DNA of 63,052 nt, filler included, from an uncultured bacterium (GTDB lineage: Bacteria > CAYSBA01): the NCBI GenBank assembly GCA_964429075.1. It is 7 parts of 7 records of this genome, joined end to end, with 100 filler letters (N's around TTAATTAATTAA, not from the genome) between each part and the next. Parts side by side here need not be neighbours in the genome. Positions count along the whole stretch, not along the records: positions 1 to 9,290 come from CAYSBA010000032.1; positions 9,391 to 18,612 come from CAYSBA010000033.1; 5 more parts are not named here. One strand, written 5' to 3'. The notes beneath the pieces are model-generated. The model was not told where the DNA came from. It did no database searches and was given only the letters and a program-made list of their open reading frames with translations. The translations under genes and the position numbers were made by a program. Positions 1 to 9,477 of this stretch are shown piece after piece. Numbering within the stretch: the stretch's first letter is position 1; each line of letters starts with the position of its first letter.

Positions 1-3000
1 TCAAATCTATACTACTGGCGTGTCCGTTACTGTAACGAGCGGGACGCCTGCTCTCCCTATTCTAACCCAACTTCATTCAGCACAATACAGAGCAATGATA
101 TCTTTTACGACGATATAGAAAATGGAGATTCAAACTGGACACATCAACTCTTTGAGGGCACATCAGACTGGCAGATAATGAGTGGAATGGCAGATGCCCC
201 AAGTCCAACTCATGTCTGGTATGTAGAGGAAGAATCTAGTACAAAATATGCAACCCTCACAACCCGTGATATTCAGCTTCCCCAGGACGGTCAGATAAAG
301 CTACAATTCTACCACAGGATGTTAAGCGAACAGGGATATGATGGTGGCTATTTGATGATCAGCGTAGATGGTTCAGATTTTGTCAGAATAAACAGCTTTG
401 TTGAGGGGGGATACAACGATCAGATCTCTGATCCAGATCTTGGTACAATAGACGGCTGGAGTGGCTCTGTTGGTGAATCAAGATTTCAGCGTTCTGTTGT
501 TGATCTATCTGACTACAGGGGATCTTCTATAAAGTTAAGATTTGTATTTGTCTGTGATAGCTCCCTGGCGAGTGGAACAGGATGGTACATAGATAACGTA
601 TGGATTTATGCCTATCAGACAGCAATTCCAGAAAGGCCCACCAACATATCGCCGGTTGATGAAGAGACCCTCTCTTCCTTTCATCTTACACTTCAGTCAT
701 CACCATTTTTATCATCATCCCCTGATGACCACCATCTCTATTCCCACTGGCAGATTGCACTTGATCCGGACTTTAACGATCTTGTTGTTGATACAGGTCT
801 TGATCCGGTTCATCTCACCAGCCTACCTTTTAATCTATTCTATGGCTCTACAACATACTTCTGGAGAGTCTCATATATCAACACCTTCGGGATTGATTCT
901 GGATTCTCCAACCCAACAAGTTTTGTTACACCACAGGGGCCTTCAAAACCATCAAATCTGTCACCATCGGATGGTTCAACAGATGTCTCTTTCTTCCCTA
1001 CCCTTGTGGCTTCACCCTTTGATCCCGATTATTCAGGTGGTGTTCACAAATCATCACGCTGGCAGGTTGCATTAGATTCTGATTTTCAGGATATTGTATT
1101 CGATTCAGGTGAGGACGAGCAGAACCTGACAAACATAAAAGTCGAGCTCGATAATGAACTGACAACATACTATTGGCGGGTTAGATACAGATCTGATGAA
1201 GGCGTATGGAGTGAATGGTCCGATCCAACCTCATTTACAACCAGATCATATTCTGTAACCTTTGTGGCCAACGGAGAGGATACCACAGACTTTGATGTTG
1301 ATACTGAAGGTACTGATGTAACAGGCTGGGCCCTGGTAGACACTCCTTATGCCCATTCACCAACAAAGGCATGGTTCAGTGAGGATGAACCACGAACCAA
1401 GAACGATCTTCTAATCTTTAGAGGGATATACATACCTCCATTTAAAAGTTTTTTGGAATTCTGGCATACCTATCAACTCGAAACCGGTTACGATTTTGCA
1501 AAGGTACTGATAAGACCACAGGGTCAGACCGAATGGACACCACTTTTTAATAATATAATTGAGGGAAACCCGGAATATACAGATGGTTGGAGTGGCGGGG
1601 TTATCGGTACAATGGAGAGAGTAAAGATAGATCTTTCTGAATACCAGGATAGAAGGGTTGATATCGGCTTTTTACTATCCTGCGACTCTATAACTGGAGA
1701 CGCAGGCTGGTATGTTGATGATATAAGGGTATATGGTACAAAACCAGATGGTGGATATCTACTCTTTAACAATCAGCTTACCACAGCAAATCTTACTGCC
1801 TACAGAGGATCGCATAATAAGACTGTAATGTGGCTGCATATATGGTCGCTCGAAGGCAGCTATACACTTCGCAGCCTTAATCTTAAGGCATCTGGNNNNN
1901 NNNNNNNNNNNNNNNNNNNNNNNNNNNNNNNNNNNNNNNNNNNNNNNNNNNNNNNNNNNNNNNNNNNNNNNNNNNNNNNNNNNNNNNNNNNNNNNGGTTT
2001 CAATAACAGATTATCAATCTGTATCTGTAGATTCAGATACCAGTCAGGTCACCCTGGCAGGCCTTCCTGTAAGCGGTGAAATTGTAATTGTAAACGGTCC
2101 ACCTGTTATTGTCTTCAGTGATGATAATGCCACCTATGGAGAGAGTGACACTGTGATCCTCGATGCATCTGGCTCTTACGATCCTGACAATGATGATCTT
2201 ACTGTTACATGGACACAGATAGCGGGTCCAAGGGTTGAGCTTACAGATCCAGAATCCCTAACACCAACCTTTACAGCTCCATCTGTATATAGAGACACAA
2301 ACCTATCTTTCAACCTCATGCTCGAAGACACAGAGGGAAACATTGCATCAGATACCTACGATATTATTGTGTTGAATACTATAAACGATCCTCCTGTTGC
2401 TGATGCAGGTCAAAAGCAGATCCTCGAAGAAGAAGCAGTAACATTCCTTGATGCATCTGGCTCTTACGATCCTAACGGTGATCCAATAACATTTCTATGG
2501 ACCCAGATCGCCGGACCTGAAGTAAATCTATCAGATCCAACATCACCAAGACCATCACTTAGACTACCAAGAGTGGATCAAAATACAATCCTTAAATTCA
2601 GGGTTCTCGTGAAAGACCCCTACGATGCAACATCAACCGATGAGGTGGAGATATGGGAGAAAAATAGCAAAAACGCACCACCGGTACCTGTGATTAAGGC
2701 AGAACCAAAAGAGGGCGCCATTCCATTAGTAGTTGAGTTTGATGCAACCGATAGCTACGATCCTGATGGAGAGATTGTATTCTATCAATGGGATTTTGGA
2801 CATGGAGCAATACTTGTGGGTAGCAAGGTAAAGTATAAATTTGACAGGGTAGGTCTTTTCTCTGTTACTCTTATAGTTACAGATGATCACGGTAATACCA
2901 ATCAGACTACAACAACCATCAAGACCACCTTTCCTGAAGGACCGACAACATCTTCTACAACCACAAAAGAAGATTCTTCAAAGGGTGGTTGCTCCTGCAA

Positions 3001-3100
3001 CGGCAGCTCTTCAGACCCATCAATCTTTTTAATCTTACTCTTTTATCTTACTCTTTTAAGGTGCAGAAGATATCTTGGAACTTCTGGGTCATCCTGTTAG
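1..3100 (+). CDS. Large surface protein, 5'-truncated and spanning an assembly gap: FN3-like repeats, immune-inhibitor-A/MAM-like jelly-roll domains, three PKD-like domains, C-terminal MYXO-CTERM-like sorting signal
   Basis: Frame 1 is open from base 1 (SNLYYWRVRYC...) to the gap at 1896. Frame 2 is open from 1997 (VSITDYQ...) into the 2153..3100 ORF. Repeated YYWRV and GWYIDN/GWYVDD motifs, LDASGSYDP PKD motifs, and a tail GGCSC + hydrophobic stretch + RCRR. Joining the two halves across the gap is an inference. Confidence 0.8.
1896..1995. other. Intra-scaffold assembly gap (100 N, true size unknown)
   Basis: Run of 100 N with no linker motif; the reading frame differs on the two sides. Confidence 0.98.
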
Positions 3101-5952
3101 CCTTTTTAGTTTTGACCGATCTTTCTTCTGTCTTTGCACAAAACAGAGATCCACATCTCAGATGGTATGTTTTAGATTCTGCACATTTTAAGGTCTACTA
3201 TTACAGCGAGCTAAAAGAGAGTGCAAGGCTTGTTCTTTCACAGGCTGAGTGGGCATATGAAAAACTGTCAGACTTTTTTGAAAAGACGCCTTCCAAAAAG
3301 ATACATATCATAATAGGTGATGATTCTGATTCTGCGAATGGCTATGCAAGTCTCCTCCCAAGAAATACAATAAGGCTATATCTCAAAAGACCATCAGAAA
3401 TTGAGACCCTTGCAAACTTCTCAGAGTGGCCAAAAGATCTTATTATACACGAATTAAGCCATATCTTCGCGATGAATCTCTACAGCGGTATATATTCTAT
3501 CGTTAATACTATCTTCGGACCTGTACTGGTTCCGGCCTATTTTGTACCGGACTGGATAAGCGAAGGCCTTGCTGTTTTTATTGAGAGTCTCATCTCAGGA
3601 TCTGCAAGATTAAAATACACCCTTTTTAAAAAGATGCTAATGGCAGACTTTTTAAGCAAAAATCCTGTTAGACTGGATGATCTATCATCTTCCACTGTAA
3701 AATGGCCACATGGTACAACTCCCTATCTTTTCGGTGGTTTTTTCCTCAGATATCTTTATGATAACTATGGAAAAAACAGATTCCTCGACTTTATCGATAG
3801 GTTGATGGGACGGGGAATACCCTTTTTTATCGATACTGCTTCCAAAAAAAGCTTCAAAAAGGGAATAGAAAGTCTCTGGCAGGATTTTAAAAACGATTTT
3901 ATCTCAAGATACAAACCTACGACAAAAGATGGCTTTGTTGCACTTACAAAGGAGGGTGAAAGGGTATCCTATGCAAGATTTTTTAAAAAAAATGCGATCT
4001 TTATGAACAGTAATTCCTACAGTTACAATGCCCTCTATAAAATANNNNNNNNNNGATCAGAGAAGATCAAAGAGCTAAATCCATCAAGGGGGCTTTCCTG
4101 GATACCGGGGACAGAAAAAATACTTGTATCAAAATTAGAGATAAAAGACAGATTTTACACCTACACAAAGCCATCGCTTATTGATCTAAAAGAAAAAAAG
4201 GAGGTTCCTTTATATCTACCATACCGTCTGGAGTATCCAGATATATGCAGTATCGATCCAGAATATGCAGTCTTTTCTAAAAATACTGAAAAGGGGGCAG
4301 CTCTTGTAATTGTCAGATACCCTCTTCAAAAAGAACCCAAAATCTCAACAATAGAATTGAGTGGTATAGAGGCATCTTATTCGCCAAGGTTCGCACCAGA
4401 CTGTAAGAAGATTGTATTTTCTGCAAAGATTCAAGGAGGCAATCGTGATATATTTCTTTTTAACATCAAAAAAAAAGAGCTCATAAATCTTACTGATGAT
4501 GAAGCATTCGATGCCACTCCAATCTTCGTTGACAACAGCACTGTTATTTTTACATCAGATAAAAAGGGGGCACTCGAACTTTTTGAGATTAAATTAGATG
4601 ACAAAAAGAAGATCCTGTGCACGTCTGAAGAGCCAGCAGTCAGTGCAAGATATGCTGCCTTTGCATCAGACTATGATAAAGAAAGGGATATACTCATTTT
4701 GACCTTTTACAACGAAAAGGGATTTAACCTTGGCCTTGTTGAAGATTTCAAAAATAGGTTACACAAAAACTCATCAGTTTGCAGGAAATACCAGAAAGCC
4801 GGTTCTAACTTTGCAAAAAAAATACTTCCTTCTTTGAATCCACTAAAAAAAACATACGATCCTGGGGATACCCTGCTTCCTGCATACTGGCTACCCATTT
4901 TGGATCTCAATCCATATAGTCTTTTATCCAACATAGGTGCAACTTTTGTCGGTGTGGATACGCTAAAGAAATGGCAGTATTCGTTAAGTTATATAAAAAA
5001 TTTAACCTATGGATATGATTCATACAACATATCTCTTCTAAACAGACAGAGCCCTTTTGACATCTATTTTCAGCTCGGTAAAAAGACCTCACTGTATGAT
5101 CTCTCAAGTATATATCCATCGCCGGCAATGCTTTATAAAGAAGACTCGCTTTATTCAAGTCTCAGGGCAGCCTACATAATTCCAGGAATAAGATGGCTAA
5201 TGGGGTTTTCCTTGGGCTATAACTATTATTTTATAAATGGAAGGCCTATCACTCTGCCCCCTGCAGATCTACCAGCATGGCTTCCTCCTCAGACAGGTAA
5301 TCTATCCACACTGGGATTATCATTACTTTTCAGCAATGTCGAATCTTACTATGGATCCTTGGGAAATCAAAAGGGGCTATATATATCCTTAAACTATGAT
5401 ACTGCATCCACAATGACAGGTAGTCAAGTTGCTTATTCACTCTACAACCTGAGGTTGAGATATTACATACCTATATACAAGAATGTGGCCTTTGCCTTTG
5501 GTGGTACCTATGCAGGTGGAAGTGGCGGACTTGTAGAAAGAAGAATATACTTTATAGGCGGTATTAGAGAACCTGGGATAATTAATAGATTGTTTAGTCT
5601 TGATTTTTCTGGCAACCTTACTCTAAGGGGATACCCCTATCCATTCGAGGTAGGCACAAAGATGTATTTATTTAATTCAGAAGTGAGATTCCCTTTGCTT
5701 TTTGTAAACAGAGGTATATCAACCTGGCCAATCTTTTTTCAATGGATATATGGGGCAATCTTTCTGGATGGTGGTCACGCATCATTCTCAGATCTTTTCA
5801 AAAGTGCTCCTGCAATCGGGATTGGAGCAGAGATTGGTACAATATTTATCTTTGGCTATAACCTCCCATTTGTGATAAGGACAGGATTTGCAAGAGGTAT
5901 CATGGCCGGTGGAATAGATCAGCTATATATGACTTTTGGCTATATGCTATAG
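3061..5952 (+). CDS. Omp85/BamA-family outer-membrane protein with N-terminal HEXXH peptidase-MA-like domain and TolB/PD40 beta-propeller (WD40-Omp85 type)
   Basis: Signal peptide after a probable GTG start at 3061. IIHELSH...WISEGLA gluzincin-like motif, SPRFAPD and DATPIF PD40-like repeats, and LRGY plus SEVRFPL Omp85 barrel motifs near the C-terminus. Contains a 10-N gap at 4045-4054. Confidence 0.8.
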   Translation: MQKISWNFWVILLAFLVLTDLSSVFAQNRDPHLRWYVLDSAHFKVYYYSELKESARLVLSQAEWAYEKLSDFFEKTPSKKIHIIIGDDSDSANGYASLLPRNTIRLYLKRPSEIETLANFSEWPKDLIIHELSHIFAMNLYSGIYSIVNTIFGPVLVPAYFVPDWISEGLAVFIESLISGSARLKYTLFKKMLMADFLSKNPVRLDDLSSSTVKWPHGTTPYLFGGFFLRYLYDNYGKNRFLDFIDRLMGRGIPFFIDTASKKSFKKGIESLWQDFKNDFISRYKPTTKDGFVALTKEGERVSYARFFKKNAIFMNSNSYSYNALYKIXXXXSEKIKELNPSRGLSWIPGTEKILVSKLEIKDRFYTYTKPSLIDLKEKKEVPLYLPYRLEYPDICSIDPEYAVFSKNTEKGAALVIVRYPLQKEPKISTIELSGIEASYSPRFAPDCKKIVFSAKIQGGNRDIFLFNIKKKELINLTDDEAFDATPIFVDNSTVIFTSDKKGALELFEIKLDDKKKILCTSEEPAVSARYAAFASDYDKERDILILTFYNEKGFNLGLVEDFKNRLHKNSSVCRKYQKAGSNFAKKILPSLNPLKKTYDPGDTLLPAYWLPILDLNPYSLLSNIGATFVGVDTLKKWQYSLSYIKNLTYGYDSYNISLLNRQSPFDIYFQLGKKTSLYDLSSIYPSPAMLYKEDSLYSSLRAAYIIPGIRWLMGFSLGYNYYFINGRPITLPPADLPAWLPPQTGNLSTLGLSLLFSNVESYYGSLGNQKGLYISLNYDTASTMTGSQVAYSLYNLRLRYYIPIYKNVAFAFGGTYAGGSGGLVERRIYFIGGIREPGIINRLFSLDFSGNLTLRGYPYPFEVGTKMYLFNSEVRFPLLFVNRGISTWPIFFQWIYGAIFLDGGHASFSDLFKSAPAIGIGAEIGTIFIFGYNLPFVIRTGFARGIMAGGIDQLYMTFGYML

Positions 5953-6058
5953 TCATAATTTAATTTAAAAATATGAGACATTATAGTGTATATACTACAT
6001 ATCTCTATTTTTCTAATTCAATAGAATAATTTGATTTAGCAGTTAAGGAACCTAAAAT

Positions 6059-8239
6059 TTAATATCCTAATGAGAGTAAAAAAATGTCCCACTCACCTCT
6101 GTTTGTCAGCTCTCCCTTGCCAAAGTCTACAGGATAGTTGTAAAATTTACCACAAAGGATACTATCATAATCTCTAACCACTATAGAAGTCCCATGTATT
6201 GAATCTGTGGCAGCATAAGATCTCTTAAGTAAAAGATTTCCATTTTGGTCAAAGCGTAACAAAAAAAGACCTTCATTACCGATTGATGCCTCATTATAAA
6301 GGGTATCCTGGCCAATATTAAGAATTCTTCCATAGAAACCACCAATTACGGTCACCTCGTTGCTCTTTATTGCCATATCCTGTAAGTCCACATTCCCGGT
6401 ATCGGTATTTAGAGGATAAAACCACTGTATAGATCCGAATCCGGTGTCATTATAGTCTATCGATCCAATGAATGAATTTGGTCTGTCAGTACTGCTATAA
6501 CTATGTTCATTAATACTGATATCCAGACTATTTGATGTACCAGCGAAAACAAGTTTAAAGGGAGCTATCTCCTTTACAATAGTTACTGTTTCATCCTTGG
6601 CGCCTTTTATGCCTAATATATCTATGGGATTTCCCTGTTGATCAAGTAGAAGCAGAAAACCATCATTTTTACCGGAAGAGTTGTTTAATGAGAGGTTCTG
6701 GGCATCAAAGGTCATTGATGCAAATGATCCTGCAACAACTATATAGCCATTGGATAGAAAACTAATGCTATTAGCAACATCATTACCATCACCACCAAAT
6801 GCTTTACCGAATTTAAATATATGATTTGCATCTAACTCGACAACAAAAATATCAGACTTACCAGGGTTGGGATTTGATATATTCTGTCCCAATACTGAAA
6901 GAGAATTACTCTTTGATTTTGCAGCTATTACTATATTTCCATCCTGATCAGTATCTAAAGAATTGACTTCTTCATAGTCATCACCTGAAAATAAAACACC
7001 CCATATGTCAGTCCCATCTTTGGAGATGGCTATGAGAAACCCATCATAATAACTGGAAGATAGGTTTATTTGATCAATATTCAAATCGCCATTAAAATAA
7101 CCAGCTGCTAATATCTGATCTTGTTGTGTTAGATATCCTAAATCGAGTATATCATCATAAAATCCACTACCAAAAAATTTAATCCATTTTAATTCGCCAT
7201 CTTGTGAAAAGCTACTTAAGAAAATATCCGTGTAATCCTGGTCCTGAGAGTTCCTTTGATAGGTATTTTGATCGGGCATGAATAGGCTCAAACTCGTTGT
7301 ATTTCCACCTGTCACCAGTGAGCCATCAGATAATTCTATTAATTGATTTGCTGTATCATCTCCAGCACCACCAAATCCAATACTCCAATTGGTACATACC
7401 CCACCTTCGTCAACCTCATAATTGCAGTTGTTATCTTTGTTGTCACATAATTCGGTATGGCCAGAATAAACTGCATTATCATTGTCGTTACAATCGTCGC
7501 CAGGAACGGTAACGCATCCTGATGGTATCTCACATCCAAAATAGTCACATTCTCCATCATTACTCTCTGAATAATGTCAGTCATTATCCTTATCACAGTA
7601 GTAGAATTGTAGACACACACCTCCCTCATCGATATTACTATCACAGTCGTTATCAAGACCATCACAAGTTTCATTCTCAGAAGGATTGATATATTTATTT
7701 ATATCATCACAATCATCACCCTGGTTTTGTGTACATCCCTGTGGTACACATGATAGAGAATCGCATCCACCGCTTGGATCCATTGAGTAAAATCCGTCAC
7801 TGTCACTATCACAATAGTATGTTATATTACATCCATCTTCATCTGTTACGCCGTCACAGTCATTATCAATGCCATCGCAAATCTCTATCCCTCCATTTGT
7901 TGGAACACAACATTTACCATCTGAACAGCCCTGATTTTCCGGGCAAACATTGCCACAGGCGCCACAATTTGCAGGATCTCTTTTTAGATCGGTGCATGTA
8001 CCACTGCACCTTGTTTGCCATACCTTACACCTACTCTGCACACATATCCTACTCTGAAAGCCAAGATCTTCTTCACACGACCAGCCGTCTAAACAGTCAG
8101 AATCGGTGTGACATATAAAAAATCCCTTATCATTAAGATGGTTCATGTCTACCTTATTGGTGCAGGCTACAAAAGATAAAAATAACACAAGGGACAAATG
8201 ATAAAATAGTAGTTTTATAATGACTTTTGAAACAATCAT
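6059..8239 (-). pseudogene. Cys-rich lipoprotein (Stig1-like motif, MopE-type repeats, C-terminal SBBP-like beta-propeller) interrupted by one in-frame TGA at 7577-7579
   Basis: ORFs 7577..8239 and 6059..7315 share a frame. The sequence between them translates without another stop (HYSESNDGECDYFGCEIPSGCVTVPGDDCNDNDNAVYSGHTELCDNKDNNCNYEVDEGGVCTNWSIGFGGAGDD...). Lipobox FVAC. Could be a real nonsense allele, a base-call error or readthrough. Confidence 0.8.
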
Positions 8240-8305
8240 ACCAAAGCTCCAATATTTGTTGTTTTAAATTAAACTGTTGACCGAGTTCATAATTCCTATA
8301 AAAGT

Positions 8306-8333
8306 TTTATAAAATATATCAAAAAAGAGTCAA
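8306..8333 (-). promoter_or_regulatory. Candidate sigma70-type promoter for the 8239 gene
   Basis: TTGACT-16 nt-TATAAA on the minus strand about 65 nt upstream of the start codon. The AT-rich background lowers specificity. Confidence 0.3.
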
Positions 8334-8856
8334 GAATATACAGGACCCAGATTATGAAATGGGAGAAGAATAATAAAAGAGAATCTATTGAGGGGATCTT
8401 TCTCAAAATTTTATAAAGTGAGCACAGATGCCTGAGTGTGAGAAGAAGTGATCTTCGAAGATGGCCACAATAGCAGGGATGTGGTAGCGAAACAGGAGAA
8501 AAGGTTTTTCGCCGTTTAGTAGAGAAAAGATTCTTAAGGAAGATATGACCTTTATCAATGAGGATTTTTGTGGAAGCCAAATAGTCTAAAAAAGTATATG
8601 TGGATTTTGTCAAGTTCTTTGTGAAGATTAAAAGAGGGATTGGTGGATTTGATAGGTTTTCAGGAAATGGTTTAAAACAACTTAAGGGTTTATAATAGGG
8701 TCAAGTCTCAAAATGCCTGTAAAAATGGTGGCAAAAATTATATCGACATGTCTTGTAAGAATAGTTAATATCTTTTAGAGGTGAAGAAGTTTTTTTATAC
8801 CCAAATAAGATCTCAGTTCAAAAATACGTTTTCGAATTAGACTCCATTTTGGGTTA

Positions 8857-8884
8857 TCCCGATCTTCATAAAAGAAGATCGGGA
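8857..8884. repeat. Perfect 11-bp inverted repeat (hairpin) in a long intergenic region
   Basis: TCCCGATCTTC-ATAAAA-GAAGATCGGGA, with no U-tract immediately after it on either strand. Confidence 0.85.
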
Positions 8885-8934
8885 CGCCTCCCTTCTCCCC
8901 TTCCTTCTTCTCTATGTCCTATACTTTTACACAT
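8866..8934 (-). CDS. Candidate 22-aa small ORF MCKSIGHREEGRGEGRRPDLLL
   Basis: G-rich SD-like run (AAGGGGGG...) shortly upstream of the ATG; the stop codon lies at the loop/stem junction of the 8857-8884 hairpin. Confidence 0.25.
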   Translation of the reverse strand: MCKSIGHREEGRGEGRRPDLLL

Positions 8935-9013
8935 AATTTTGTGCACCCCCCCTTTTATAAATAAATGAAAAAAATCTGGTCAAAAATACGAAAACTCCTA
9001 AAGATGTGTATGT

Positions 9014-9042
9014 TTGACAAGCTAAATCTGTTTTTATATAGA
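9014..9042 (+). promoter_or_regulatory. Candidate sigma70-type promoter for the secretin gene
   Basis: TTGACA-17 nt-TATAGA, 28 nt upstream of the ATG at 9071. Confidence 0.45.
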
Positions 9043-9070
9043 ACATAAGATATTTTATGATGGATAGGAA

Positions 9071-9290
9071 ATGAAAAAACGGGTTATTCAGATTCTATTT
9101 TTACTATGCTTATTGATAGTTGATGTTGCACCTCTTAAGGCTCGAGGTGATGACAATAGTCTTGAGCTTGCTGCTGGGGAACAAAAGGTATTGTCGATCC
9201 CTGGTGTTACAAGGGTTTCGATAGGTCAGAGAGACATTATCGATGTCAGGGCAATTGGATCCAATCAGATACTGATTACCGCACTTAAAC
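9071..9290 (+). CDS. Tad/Flp pilus secretin CpaC/RcpA-like N-terminal domain protein, 3'-truncated at contig end
   Basis: Signal peptide followed by LELAAGEQKVLSIPGVTRVSIGQRDIIDVRAIGSNQILITALK, matching the pilus-formation N-terminal domain pattern. Confidence 0.7.
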
Positions 9291-9390
9291 NNNNNNNNNN
9301 NNNNNNNNNNNNNNNNNNNNNNNNNNNNNNNNNNTTAATTAATTAANNNNNNNNNNNNNNNNNNNNNNNNNNNNNNNNNNNNNNNNNNNN
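9291..9390. other. Artificial contig linker
   Basis: 44 N + TTAATTAATTAA (stops in all six frames) + 44 N. Confidence 0.97.
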
Positions 9391-9477
9391 AGCTTATATT
9401 CTCAATAGAAAAATAACTATTTGTTATTTTTGCAACCAGAATTTTAACAAATAAGAAAATGTGTTAATAGTCTATTT

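Noticed and set aside
2162..2473. Exact 24-bp direct repeat GATGCATCTGGCTCTTACGATCCT (2162-2185, 2450-2473)
   Set aside because: It encodes the same DASGSYDP motif in adjacent PKD domains; two copies only, so not a CRISPR array or att site.
7577..7579. Selenocysteine at the in-frame TGA
   Set aside because: The aligned position in the sister repeat is Gly, not Cys, and the downstream hairpin is short with a 3-nt loop, unlike a typical bacterial SECIS.
7339..7674. 111-aa ORF bridging the two halves of the split gene, suggesting a frameshift
   Set aside because: It is an off-frame shadow of Asp/Cys-rich codons; the two real halves are already in the same frame.
8296..8613. 105-aa minus-strand ORF in the long intergenic region
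   Set aside because: TTG start that coincides with a TTGACA hexamer, no recognisable motif, and composition typical of AT-rich non-coding DNA; not excluded but unsupported.
8240..9070. c-di-GMP riboswitch or Flp pilin gene upstream of the secretin
   Set aside because: I found neither the GEMM consensus nor a G-x4-EY pilin motif by eye; an Rfam scan would be needed to exclude them fully.
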